From: Octopus sinensis
Lineage: Eukaryota
Reading direction: 5' to 3'
Assembly (NCBI RefSeq): GCF_006345805.1
Contig: NC_043008.1
Span: 55,056,001-55,120,000 of the forward strand
DNA: 64,000 nucleotides
The notes under the pieces are model-generated. The model was not told where the DNA came from. It saw nothing but the letters and a program-made list of their open reading frames with translations, and made no database searches. Position 1 is the stretch's first letter; each line of letters begins with the position of its first letter. This document shows, piece by piece, positions 30,399 through 42,808 of this stretch. Both the position numbers and the translations under genes were made by a program.

Positions 30399-30750
30399 GT
30401 TAGTTAGTTAGTTAGTTAGTTAATTTGGCTCAAAAGCAAATAGCAAGGCCATCTAGGGGGGCATGGAGTTATGTACAGGGTGGTGTTCATGTAAAGAGTT
30501 CAGGCCACTTGAGGTCAAGGGAGACTTTGAACAAAGCGGTCGTCGGCATCTTCGCCATCTCGTCTGGCAGCTTGTTCCACGGATCCGCAACCCGGACGGA
30601 GAAAGCTCCTCTCCTTCGATTGAGATGAAATCGTCGCAGGTAGAGCTTTTCGGAATGACCCCGCAGCCGACGCTCTGGAGCAGGAGTGAAGAACAGCTCT
30701 TTCAAGAGGTTACACTTTCCGCTTATGATGCTGTGAGCATTTTGCAGTGT
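30399..30750 (-). mobile_element. CR1/L2-type LINE 3' fragment with (TAAC)n tail
   Basis: Peptide RLRGHSEKLYLRRFHLNRRRGAFSVRVADPWNKLP..FKVSLD is the typical CR1 RT C-terminus. Confidence 0.75.
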
Positions 30751-31043
30751 ATGTGAATGTGTGTGTGTGTGTGTGTGAATGTATGTGTGTGTGTGTGTGT
30801 GTGCGTGTGCGCGCATGTGTGTTTGAGTCTGTGTTTATTTTATGTCCGTTAATGTCGTGTGGCATAGTCGTTCGACAAATGTAATTCAATAAAGCATTGA
30901 CAAACATCGATAAAATATATAGCATAGCCAAATTAGCACTAAAATCGATATGATCAACTACACCTTTGAAGATGGCGCCTCGGTGTGACAGCAGTCCAAT
31001 AACTGAAAACGTTCAAAGAAAAAAAAAAGAAAGAAAACTATAC

Positions 31044-31452
31044 GCGCAGGAGTGGCTGTGTGGTAAGTAGCTTGCTAACCAACCACATGGTTCCGGGTTC
31101 AGTCCCACTGCGTGGCATCTTGGGCAAGTGTCTTCTACTATAGCCCCGGGCCGACCAAAGCTTTGTGAGTGGATTTGGTAGACGGAAATTGAAAGAAGCC
31201 TGTCGTATATATGTATATATATATATATGCGTGTGTATGTTTGTGTGTCTGTGTTTGTCCCCCTAGCATTGCTTGACAACCGATGCTGGTGTGTTTATGT
31301 CCCCGTTACTTAGCGGTTCGGCAAAAGAGACCGATAGAATAAGTACTGGGCTTACAAAAGAATAAGTCCTGGGGTCGATTTGCTCGACTAAAGGCGGTGC
31401 TCCAGCATGGCCGCAGTCAAATGACTCAAACAAGTAAAAGAGTAAAGAGTAA
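31044..31452 (+). mobile_element. SINE family A
   Basis: Full-length match to the other family A copies. Confidence 0.85.
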
Positions 31453-31776
31453 ATGAGAGTATATTACACACCCACAGACACACACACACACACACACGTG
31501 AGCGTGCGCTCACATACACACATTAAGATTTATAATAATTTAAAAAATAGAAGAGACATGCATATTACGGTTTTGCGCAAAAACCCAGAAATGCTATTTT
31601 CTAAGAAAGACCAAAAGACACAAACGTACTCCCTCCAAATCCAATCTATTAGCGGCGCAGCAAAAATTTGTAAGCTACCCCAAAGATTCGCCAGTTGAAA
31701 TTCTTTAGACCACGTTATCTGGTGGTTTCAGCACTGAAGGTGGCGAAGATTTATCTCCCCACTAGCTATATAAACA

Positions 31777-32076
31777 ACTAGCAGTATCGCCCGGCGTTGC
31801 TCGGGTTTGTAACTATATAAGCATTTTTAGAGAGTTACTTCCCTTATATAACCCGAGCAAAAATCATTAAAAATGCGGAAAAATGATGGTAAATTTTTTT
31901 TTAAACCGTAGACTCATCGTAGACGCGCGCTAATACCCAGAAGGGCTCGATATGAATGACGACTATAAGATACCCGCTTTGGGTTAAACTGCACCGCAAA
32001 ATGTGGGAGTAGTTATGAATCTAAATCGGGGGAGACAGAGTCTCACACACACAACTTCAATTTTATATATAAAGAT
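31777..32076 (+). mobile_element. Probable non-autonomous Helentron/HINE-like element
   Basis: Begins actagcagtatcgcccggcgttgctcggg and ends ttttatatataaagat. These termini resemble DINE-1/HINE-type elements; family assignment is from memory. Confidence 0.4.
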
Positions 32077-32792
32077 AAAGCCAGTATACGAGTTTCTCTC
32101 ATGGTCATTACTGCAGTTTAGTTTGTTCAAACTTAACATCCACGTTTAACTGGGCACCTCTCCGTATTAACACTGCCTCTGTCGCTAATATATATATATA
32201 TATTAACAAACTCAATGGCTAGTCGTGACACCAGCGCCTGTTCTGGCACCATTATTCTATATATCTCTGGTGGAGAGATGAATAGCTCCTATCTCTAGCG
32301 GTCGAGTGTCCATCATTGACATGATCAAAGAAGGTCAAAATCACGTGATCTGGTGGTCTCGCTGGAGATGGAAATATATACATGAATGCATTTTGCACCA
32401 AAAGCCGATATGAGAGTTCAACTCGTGGTAACTACCACGGTATAGTTTTGTTGCGTAGCTGACATCACTGTTTGAGCGATATATTAGAAATGATCTCGTG
32501 TTAGATAATAAAAGCCCTACTCTGGTGACCCCTAGTTTTCGAACACGCAAGCCTCCATTATTTTCAGTGGTCTTACGATCACTCGAACGTCCCAATTAGT
32601 GACCTAGTGCCAGTTTATGTGACCAACCGTTCGGATATCACCTCTTCGCTGCAGAATGTCCATTTTATCGCTCTGTAGCGTAGCTGATATCCTCACTGTT
32701 TGAGAGATAAACATTTTTTAGTTACCTAGAAATTATGTTAAAAACTGTCGTTCAAACCGAAAAGATCTGAGATCATTTCTAATATATCTCTC

Positions 32793-33223
32793 GGATCTTT
32801 TCGGTTTGAACGGCAGTTTTTAACATAATTTCTAGGTAACTAAAAAATTTTAAACTTCTTATACTGGTAGAATGTGTTTATAAAACATCTTTTTCTCTTG
32901 GCTTTATTGAGAAAATTCTATAGTTTGTAAGATATTTGTTGTTTTTTTCTTCTTCAATTTCTGCAATTTCAACCAATCAATGACGTCCATTGAGGTAAAT
33001 AACATTCTGTGCCGTATCAATATGTCCCTCGTTTAAGAAACAGATTGGGTTTATTTACATTTGGGAAGAAAAAAAAGATACCCTTCCCCCACCTCTAACC
33101 CTAACCCTAACCCTAAAACAGATTGAAATGCAATAGATCGATACTAGGGTCATAATTATGGGTGACAATTTCATATGACACCGCTAGAAAAAACTACCGT
33201 TCATGTTCATCCCGAAAAGATGC
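32793..33223 (+). mobile_element. Merlin-like MITE, family D, with internal (TAACCC)n
   Basis: Left TIR ggatcttttcggtttgaacggcagtttt; right TIR degenerate; body matches the other copies. Confidence 0.75.
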
Positions 33224-33618
33224 ATGATCTCGTGTTAGATAACAAAAATCCTACAGTTTGTTCTAACAGAACACCCACGTTTACATGGGAACAAATATTA
33301 CCTCTCTTTAGATGAATATTTGCACACACTTAGGTGTGTGCGTTTACAAAGTAATCATGCACATGCGCGCGTATCGAACACCCAAGTGCTGAAGCGGCTT
33401 GTTCACACATCTAACTGTAAACACACACTAGCTCAACCTCATATTTACAAGCCCACAGGATTTGTTTTAACTCTCTTGAGCTCTCGTCAGTTTGTTAGCG
33501 TCATTAATACGGACCCGGGCTATAGCGTAGTAGTTACAAGAATCACATATACTTTAAATCGATTTCATTAATGGCAACGTATGTTATAATGATCGTTATT
33601 TTTTTTCTTTCTTTCTTA

Positions 33619-33711
<93 letters not shown>

Positions 33712-33725
33712 CTGTCTATTATATA

Positions 33726-33764
<39 letters not shown>

Positions 33765-33770
<6 letters not shown>

Positions 33771-33970
33771 ATCCAAACAAGAAAACACAAAAAAACGCAA
33801 CAACGCGAGGACGTGAAACAAATATAGTATTATTGGACACTCAGGAAAGAAGGAAAGAAGGAGGGTTTAACGTTTCGAGCGGAGCTCTTCGTCGGAAACA
33901 TAGGAGAAGGAAAGATCCAGAGAAGGGAAGACAGAGGGAAAAAATCGCCAACGGTACACACGAGGTCACA
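33765..33970 (-). mobile_element. Possible Penelope-like terminal fragment next to (TA)n
   Basis: The motif acgtttcgagcggagctcttcgtcgg resembles Penelope pseudo-LTR ends. No coding support. Confidence 0.35.
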
Positions 33971-34006
33971 TATTATGTGTTATATATATATGACGGAGAA
34001 CTTTTC

Positions 34007-34428
34007 GGATCTTTTCGGTTTGAACGGCAGTTTTTTCTAGCGGTGTCATATGAAATTGTCACCCATAATTATGACCCTAGTATCGATCTATTGCACTTCA
34101 ATCTGTTTTAGGGATAGAGTTAGGGTTAAGGGTGGGGGAAGGGTATCTTTTTTTCTTCACAAATGTAAATAAACCCAATCTTTTTCTTAAACGAGGGACA
34201 TATTCATACGGCACAGAATGTTTTTTACCTCAATAGACATCGGTGATTGGTTGAAATTGCAGAAATAGAAGAAAAAAAGGAACAAATATCTTACAAACTA
34301 TAGAATTTTCTCAATAAAGCCAAGAGAAAAAGATGTTTTATAAACACATTCTACCAGTATACGAAGTTTAAAATTTTTTAGTTACCTAGAAATTATGTTA
34401 AAAACTGCCGTTCAAACCGAAAAGATCC
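34007..34428 (-). mobile_element. Merlin-like MITE, family D, full length, 8-bp TSD
   Basis: ~28-bp TIRs starting with GG. TSD aacttttc at 33999-34006 and 34429-34436. Confidence 0.85.
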
Positions 34429-34544
34429 AACTTTTCCTTTAGACTTACTTTAGGTTCCAGTTTAATCTTCCATTGGTGTTTTCTCATATTTCGGTATAAG
34501 ACCTTTGGAACAATAAATATGAATGCATATATGCACACACACAC

Positions 34545-34627
<83 letters not shown>

Positions 34628-34682
34628 ATACACACGGGTATGTGTATGTGTATCAACTTAAATATATATATATATATATATA

Positions 34683-34788
34683 AGAGGGATGACCACTATG
34701 TGGACAACCCTTATACAAGACGATCTGCTATGGTCCATAGCGGATCTACTTCTAGCATAAGGGTTGTCCACATAGTGGTCATCCCTCT
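34683..34788. repeat. 106-bp hairpin element with perfect 32-bp arms, adjoining (TA)n
   Basis: agagggatgaccactatgtggacaacccttat pairs with ataagggttgtccacatagtggtcatccctct. Confidence 0.85.
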
Positions 34789-34849
34789 CATATGTATATA
34801 TTACAATTTACTGAACCTTCAGATTTTTATAATAATAAAAATAATAATG

Positions 34850-35270
34850 AAATTATTGTATACAGTGCTCAGGTGCACCACAACTTGTCAGAAAGTGCAT
34901 ATGAAGTACATGCAGTAATGTAGAAATGTCTGGAAAGCGAACAATGTATGAGTCAGATACATGCTTGTGTGTGTATGGAGGGGAGAAAATCAAGTGTAGT
35001 GTTGGCGAATCTCAGGAAGCATGGAAGTTTTGAAGGATGCAGTGCTCCGACAACTAACAACCGATGCCGGCAGTTTGTTCCATGCTTCAGCAACTCTCAG
35101 CGTGAAAAAATGTTTCCTGAAGTCATGGGAGCTGTGCTGTTTTCTTACTTTGTAAATATATCCACGGGTGTTAGATGGGTGGAGTTTGAAAAGGTGCTCA
35201 GAGTTATTGTTTGTACGATGGTTGATAATTTTATGGGTGTCTATATGCTAGACCACTGGTGTTGTTAAAT
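34850..35270 (-). mobile_element. CR1/L2-type LINE 3' fragment
   Basis: Minus-strand peptide HDFRKHFFTLRVAEAWNKLPASVVSCRSTASFK. Confidence 0.7.
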
Positions 35271-35336
35271 TGATGTTAATTAAATTAATATATATATTTT
35301 TTTTTTTCAGTGAAGTTTATTCACTGATCACCAAAA

Positions 35337-35666
35337 TCAGAAATATTAAATTTCTAAATGTCTCAAAGAGACATGAGCAGTGGTGGAGCGATAGAGTGGT
35401 TGTATACTGTCAACTTAACGTGACAGTCCCGTAAGGTAATTAATTACCTAGCTGTTCGGGGTGTTTGTCTCCCCTTCGTAAAAATTATATAAGGACACAG
35501 GAAATGTGTCAAAGCCGACAGGAAGCGTCGATGCTTCCTAGGGCTAAACAGCGGTGGTGTAATTACCTTACGGGACTGTCACGTTAAGTTGACAATTATA
35601 CAACCACTCTATCGCTCCACCACTGTACATATCTCTATGAGATGTTTAGAAATTTAATATTTCTGA
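35337..35666. repeat. Foldback element with ~105-bp inverted arms
   Basis: 35337-35442 is the reverse complement of 35560-35666, with a few mismatches. Confidence 0.85.
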
Positions 35667-35976
35667 ATCACTTAATATTTTTGGAAAAGCATATTTGCTT
35701 ATATGAGATTCATTCACAGTGACAATATAGTCACATAGTTTCTAGTTTACAAGAAACTTGAGAAACATGCCAGGGAACAAGATATTTTCCAAACCTTGAT
35801 TGTGTATTTGGAAAAGGTAGAGATGTCATAGGGTTCTTGTACTAGAATTTGTATGGATGGGGTGCCATGTATAAGGTATGTGATGAGCTTGATGGCACTT
35901 ATCTAGCAGAACAATCAAAATGTAATATTCTTTTCCACTCTAGGCATAGGACCTGAAATTTTGGGGGAGGGGGCCA

Positions 35977-36130
35977 GTCGATTACATCGACCCCAGTACG
36001 CCACTTATCGACCCCGAAAGGATGAAAGGCAAAGTCGACCTCGGCGGAATTTGAACTCAGAACGTAAAGACAGACGGGATACTTCTAAGCATTTCGCCCG
36101 GCGTGCTAACGTTTCTGCCAGCTCGCCGCC
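35977..36130 (-). mobile_element. SINE family C, partial
   Basis: Head ggcggcgagctggcagaaacgttagcacg and B box gagttcaaattcc. Confidence 0.75.
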
Positions 36131-36831
36131 TTAACAATCAAAATGTAATATTAACTCACTGTGAGGCGGAAATTTAGCAGAACTGTTTGAGCGCCTGAAA
36201 AATTGCTTTTCGGTATTTCTTCCAACTTATTACAATCAGAGTTCAAATTCCGCCGAGATCGACTTTGCCTTTCACCCTTTCGATAGCGATAAAATAAATA
36301 TCAATTGAACACTAGGTTCTATGCGACCGACTTAACTCCTGTTCTAAAATCGCGGAGTTTGTGCCAGAATGTGAAACCGATATTAACTCAGTTTTTTTTT
36401 TTTTTTTTTCATACAGAGATGTATTAGTCAAGAAAACCATATCAGCTGATTTGAAGTTGATTATTTGTTCAACACCACAAAGTCATGAAATCGGAATACC
36501 AATGCTTAATTCTTCATTCGGAGCTTCACCGGCTGTACTGCAGAAAAAATTTTAATCGGGTGTTGTAACTGAAGAACTAATTGGGAGAAATTTTTTAAAA
36601 CAAGCAGGAAACCTATTGGGAATAACTGGTGTGCAAAGCTGGAATATATGACTGATATCTTTTCCATGTTGAACATGCCGAATGGCAAGCAAGGTTGCGA
36701 TAACAGTAACTGCTCGACTGAGTCAAACTAACTGCAACACAATGTTCCTACTAGTAAAAAAAAAAAATATGCAATAAATAGTACATTTTCATACAAGAAT
36801 ATTTTGCATTTACATCTAATAGAAAAGATTG

Positions 36832-37249
36832 GGATCTTTTCGGTTTGACCGGCAGTTTTTAACATAATTTCTAGGTAACTAAAAAATTTTAACTTCGTAT
36901 ACTGGTAGAATGTGTTTATAAAACATCTTTTTCTCTTGGCTTTATTGAGAAAATTCTATAGTTTGTAAGATATTTGTTGTCTTTTTTCTTCTTTAATTTC
37001 TGCAATTTCAACCAATCAATGACGTCCATTGAGGTAAAAAAAAACAACATTCTGTGCCGTATGAATATGTCCCTCGTTTAAGAAACAGATTGGGTTTATT
37101 TACATTTGTGAAGAAAAAAAGATACCCTTCCCCCACCCCTAACCCTAAAACAGATTGAAATGTAATAGATCGATACTAGGATCATAATTATGGGTGACAA
37201 TTTCATATGACGCCGCTAGAAAAAACTGCCGTTCAAACCGAAAAGATCC
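36832..37249 (+). mobile_element. Merlin-like MITE, family D, full length, 8-bp TSD
   Basis: TIRs GGATCTTTTCGGTTTGA.. and ..TCAAACCGAAAAGATCC. TSD aaagattg at 36824-36831 and 37250-37257. Confidence 0.85.
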
Positions 37250-37382
37250 AAAGATTGCTCCTTACTTCACATCGTTGTCTACAGAAAAATTCCGCTGGGT
37301 TAGAGATCTCTTAGCAAATTCCAGCGGTTAATGGTCTGTCGTTGGATGAGAAACAGAAAATGGTTTGCATTTCGAGCTGCAA

Positions 37383-37616
37383 GGCGGCGAGCTGGCAGAA
37401 ACGTTAGCACGCCGGACGAAATGCTTTGTGGTATTTCGTCCGCCAGTGCGTTCTGAGTTCAAATTCCGCCGAGGTCGACTTTGCCTTTCATCCTTTCGGG
37501 GTCGATAAATTAAGTACCAGTTACGCACTGGGGTCGATGTAATCGACTTAATCCGTGTGTCTGTCCTTGTTTGTCCGCTCTATGTTTAGCCCCTCGTGGG
37601 TAGTAAAGAAATAGGT
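37383..37616 (+). mobile_element. SINE family C
   Basis: Full-length match to the other family C copies. Confidence 0.8.
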
Positions 37617-37822
37617 TTGCATTTCGAGTGATCGTAACTTGACAATTAAGCACATGAGTAGGTCACAGGTCTCTTTTCTCGGTGCATGGCGTTCTGCTTC
37701 ATTGATAAGAATATATACAACGAGGACCTAAACAATGCTATGCTATATGAAAAGGTCACCGAAGGTCACCGATATCACCCCTAAATAACTAGAAAATATG
37801 AATACCTATAAAACAAACATTT

Positions 37823-38210
37823 CATGGAAGCACTCCGTCGGTTACGACGATGAGGGTTCCGGTTGATCCGATCAACGGAACAGCCTGCTCGTGAAATTAA
37901 CGTGTAAGTGGCTGAGCACTCCACATACACGTGTACCCTTAACGTAGTTCTCGGGGATATTCAGCGTGACACAGAGAGTGACAAGGCGGGCCCTTTGAAA
38001 TACAGGTACAACAGAAACAGGAAGTAAGAGTGAGAGAAAGTTGTGGTGAAAGAGTACAGCAGGGATCACCACCATCCCCTGCCGGAGCCGCGTTCCACGC
38101 TTTAGGTGTTTTCGCTCAATAAACACTCACAACGCCCGGTCTGGGAATCGAAACCGCGATCCTACGACCGCGAGTCCGCTGCCCTAACCACTGGGCCATT
38201 GCGCCTCCAC
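37823..38210 (-). mobile_element. SINE family B, full length, 13-bp TSD
   Basis: TSD aaaacaaacattt at 37810-37822 and 38211-38223. Confidence 0.9.
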
Positions 38211-38589
38211 AAAACAAACATTTACAACCGTAGAGAATTCCCTAATGAAATTTAACGAAATTTTACCATCAGAAACAGCAAACTTCACATTTTCTATGAT
38301 CCCATTTTCTATGATTCAGAAACCTGGATCCAAAAATAGAAATTAAACCCATGGTCTTTAGCATAGAAGGACCATTATTCCAAGCATTGTGATTCCAGTC
38401 CAAAATTTTCAAATCTAAATGTCATGTCTCCTCAGGAAAACTCAATTATTTTGATATCAATGTACATGGACTTTCCTGTATATATCTGTTCTTGCTCTTC
38501 GGGTAGTCAAATTATGTAGAACTGAGATACAGGAGACCCGGACAAACAGAATATCGCATTAATTAAGATAGATGACGTCTTTTCTTAAT

Positions 38590-38592
<3 letters not shown>

Positions 38593-38659
<67 letters not shown>

Positions 38660-39382
38660 AAACACCAGGACTTACAAACACATATAACATACAGAAAATT
38701 GCACTACTAGGCACTGCACACATCCTACGCAGAACACTTTCCATACAATAACCATCAGAGCATCACAACAAATCACAGCACATACCCAAGGCACACAGAG
38801 CTGCGCTCGGTAGTGAAGTGAAAGCACGCTATAAAAATAAAAATAAAACTACTGAATAATAATAATAGTACAACACTATGTACAAAACCAAATATATGGC
38901 ACCCTAGGCATAACACCAACACGAACTTCCAACTTGTTGTCTCTTGAGGTCTCTGGGTGAGACTTGGAACCAGCTTGTGCAAATGTAAAGCAAAAGTCAA
39001 ACATAGAATAATAATATATAATAATAATAATAATGAAAACACCAGGACTTACAAACACATATAACATACAGAAAATTGCACTACTAGGCACTGCACACAT
39101 CCTACGCAGAACACTTTCCATACAATAACCATCAGAGCATCACAACAAATCACAGCACATACCCAAGGCACACAGAGCTGCGCTCGGTAGTGAAGTGAAA
39201 GCACGCTATAAAAATAAAAATAAAACTACTGAATAATAATAATAGTACAACACTATGTACAAAACCAAATATATGGCACCCTAGGCATAACACCAACACG
39301 AACTTCCAACTTGTTGTCTCTTGAGGTCTCTGGGTGAGACTTGGAACCAGCTTGTGCAAATGTAAAGCAAAAGTCAAACATA

Positions 39383-39440
<58 letters not shown>
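38593..39440 (+). mobile_element. Dong/R4-like non-LTR retrotransposon 3' ends embedded in (TAA)n, as a 377-bp tandem duplication
   Basis: Peptide NIQKIALLGTAHILRRTLSIQ* is typical of the R4/Dong C-terminus. Units start at 38657 and 39034 and are flanked by (TAA)n. Confidence 0.7.
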
Positions 39441-39442
<2 letters not shown>

Positions 39443-39926
39443 ATTGTTTTGTCTTGGTATAAAAGATGGGCTACAGCAAATATTCTGCTCAATACCACAG
39501 ATTTGCTTGTCAGTTGTTTGACCTTAACCAGTTGAGCATGTCCCTTAGTGGCTGACGATATGTGCATCTCTGATCACGAGCAGAAGTAGTGGGGGAGCAT
39601 CATAGCCATGTGTTGAGAGGGATTCTTTCGGGTTTGAATAGTTCACCTCTGGAAACATGGGTGGTTCTTTCAACATCCTTAAACAACCCTTATTCAGGGA
39701 CCGTTTGAGCGATATGGGCTACTCAACCTGAAGAAAATTATAACTGGGCCCCACCTGCAAGGTCATGTGCTGTTTATCTTGATATGAGATCACCATGTCG
39801 CGCACATATGGTTGTGATGCATGTGCCTGGTGTACCTTTATCAGACGGGTAGTCATGATGGGTATATTGGGCTTCGTATATTTTACCCCAGTGTCACTTT
39901 GATGGCATGAACTGCTCTCTCACTCA
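39441..39926. mobile_element. Unclassified ~485-bp element bounded by (TAA)n on both sides
   Basis: A GC-richer block between two (TAA)n tracts. No coding motif was recognised. Confidence 0.35.
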
Positions 39927-40296
39927 ATAATAATAATAATAATAACACAACAACAACAACAACAACAACAACCCTGCAAGCCTTAGAGTTGGAAATTTTG
40001 CTAATTTTAGCTGATCGACATACCGGAAGTTACAAGTTTCCTGTGATGACGATAAGAGAATGAAAACATATTGCTGCTGTGGATAAAAATATTTTTCAGA
40101 ATTCCTTGTTTTTAATACGGCGCGACTGCTACTTTTATCAGCTACAGCGACACATGCGCCACAGAATCCGGGAAAGCGATCTTATGAGAGTTACTCGGGA
40201 AGGATCTTTGACAGGCATATTAATTATCGACCCCGAAAGGATAGAAAGCAAAATTGGTCGCAGTAAGATTCGATCATAGACTGTGGAGAGCAGAGA

Positions 40297-40750
40297 TAAA
40301 TACTTATTTCTTTATTACCCACAAGGGGCTAAACACAGAGGGGACAAACAAGGACAGACATAGGTATTAAGTCGATTACATCGACCCCAGTGCGTAACTG
40401 GTACTTAATTTATCGACCCCGAAACGTAACGCAGACGAAATACCTATTTCTTTATTACCCACAAGGGGCTAAACACAGAGGGGACAAACAAGGACAGACA
40501 TAGGTATTAAGTCGATTACATCGACCTCAGTGCGTAACTAGTACTTAATTTATCGACCCCGAAAGGATGAAAGGCAAAGTCGACCTCGGCGGAATTTGAA
40601 CTCACAACGTAGCGACAGACGAAATACCGCTAAGCATTTCGCCCGGCGTGCTAACGTTTCTGCCAGCTCGCCGCCTATAAATACCTATTTCTTTATTACC
40701 CACAAGGGGCTAAACACAGAGGGGACAAACAAGGACAGTCGCCGCCTATA
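40297..40750 (-). mobile_element. SINE family C cluster with three copies of the 3' segment
   Basis: aaatac(c/t)tatttctttattacccacaaggggctaaacacagagggg occurs at ~40298, ~40438 and ~40680. Confidence 0.8.
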
Positions 40751-40910
40751 AATACCGTAAGGCATTCATTCCAGCCGATGCTCAAATGACTCGGCCAATT
40801 CACTCCCATAAACTGTTGCAGAGTGAACACATTTTCATTACTCTTTATTATTATATCACATTAAAATATGGTAAAACTAAATTCATAAATCCAACCGCAT
40901 ATTTTTTTTT

Positions 40911-41291
40911 TTACTTGTTTCAGTCATTTGACTGTGGCCATGCTGGAGCACCGCCTTTAGTCGAGCAAATCGAACCCCAGGACTTATTCTTTGTAAGTCT
41001 AGTACTTATTCTATTGATCTCTTTTGCCGAACCGCTAAGTTACGGGGACGTAAACACGCCACCATCGGTTGTCAAGCGATGTTAGGGGAACAAACACACA
41101 CACACTTACACACACACACACACATACACGACGGGCTTCTTTCAGTTTCCGTCTACCAAATCCACTCACAAGGCTTTGGGCGGCCCGAGGCTATAGCAGA
41201 AGACACTTGCCCAAGGTGCCAAGCAGTGGGACTGAACCCGAAACCATGTGGTTCGTAAGCAAGCTACTTACCGCACAGCTACTCCTACGCC
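40911..41291 (-). mobile_element. SINE family A
   Basis: Match to the other family A copies. Confidence 0.85.
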
Positions 41292-41984
41292 TATATCCTA
41301 TGCATATTGAAAATGTTCTTGCACAAATTACTGTATTTATATAGATTATTGTAGTCAGTTAGCACAGAGGATGTTCTTTCACGGTACCAGTTAACGTGCT
41401 AATCGAGGGATGCTATATGTGCGCATGCGTACGTGTGTGTGTGGGTGAAGGTTGATGTGTTGCTCTAGTGCAATAGTTCTTACACACACCACCGGATAAC
41501 TCAACCGGTGAAGCGGAAAACAGCCAAGTGTGTGACTCTTTGTTCACCAAAGTTTCTGCTTAACCTCCACGTGGCAACATACAATAACTGGATGCTTTGC
41601 GGGGCTAGGTCAACTTAACAAGGAAACTCAGAGGAACTGAGAGTTTCGGTATGTAGTGTGTAGTCCAACTTTGATAGATATACCCAGACGCTTAATAATT
41701 ACCGCTCTACAACCTTGGCGGTGAATGCAAGAAGAAAAATGCTAAAACATTAATGGCGTATACTCTGAGAAAGAAAACAATTGTGGTAGTCAGCTTTAAA
41801 GTGGTTTCCGAAAAGCTGGATTTCCAGCAGACTTCAAGAGCTAGTAAAATATTCTAATCATCTTGAATCATGTCACTAGGCCTACTTCATTCTCAGTTAT
41901 GACAGTAATACCAAGAAAGGTGTACTCCCTAACTCCTCTATACAGCTTTACTGAGCAGTAATTTTCTCTCTTCTCTTGCAATGA

Positions 41985-42024
<40 letters not shown>

Positions 42025-42073
42025 GGTCAGGTCAGGTCACTCGTGGTGCTACTAGTAACATGTAACCAATACA

Positions 42074-42314
42074 ACCTATTTCTTTATTACCCACAAGGGG
42101 CTAAACATAGAGGGGACAAACAAGGCCAGACTTACGTATTAATTCGATTACATCGACCCCAGTGCGTAACTGGTACTTATTTAATCGACCCCGAAAAGAT
42201 GAAAGGTAAAGTCGAGCTCGGCGGAATTTGAACTCAGAAAGTAGCGGCAGACGAAATACTGCTAAGAATTTCGTCCGGCGTGCTAACGATTCTGCCTGCT
42301 CGCCGCCCTACTGA
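42074..42314 (-). mobile_element. SINE family C with TSD
   Basis: The flanking direct repeat gtaaccaatacaacct occurs at ~42062 and ~42315. Confidence 0.8.
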
Positions 42315-42732
42315 GTAACCAATACAACCTTTCGCATGGTCGGGCCGGCAACCCTACAAAGCATGCTTGGTGAGGAGGGTTGTTTGCGGGGAACACTCTG
42401 CAGGACGAAAAACAAATCATCCAGTCAAAGGACGGATGAACTCAGTAGAGTCAAGGTTATCCAATAACTGGGAGTGAGAGCCTCCTATGCTTTGTTTAGA
42501 CATCTCTCTTGAGAAAGAAATTCCGAAGCAGGAGATGTTCTTGCTTGTTTCTGGACTACTTGGCTTCGTAGGTGGGAGTCGTGGCAGTGTTGTGCAAGCT
42601 GTTATTGACTTTAAATTTCAGCACGGGCATTGCTGATAACCAATTATTTTTAAGATCTAGGATAAGCTCATTTGTCACAGATGGTCATATTCATCTACAA
42701 GTCGACAACCACAGTGTATGTATGTATGTGCA

Positions 42733-42763
<31 letters not shown>

Positions 42764-42768
42764 ATGTA

Positions 42769-42808
<40 letters not shown>

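Noticed and set aside
33098-33116. Telomere or chromosome-fusion signature from (TAACCC)n
   Set aside because: Only 2-4 units, always at the same position inside MITE copies.
38130-38210. tRNA-like sequences at SINE heads
   Set aside because: They have A and B boxes but no complete cloverleaf, and they are attached to SINE bodies with TSDs.
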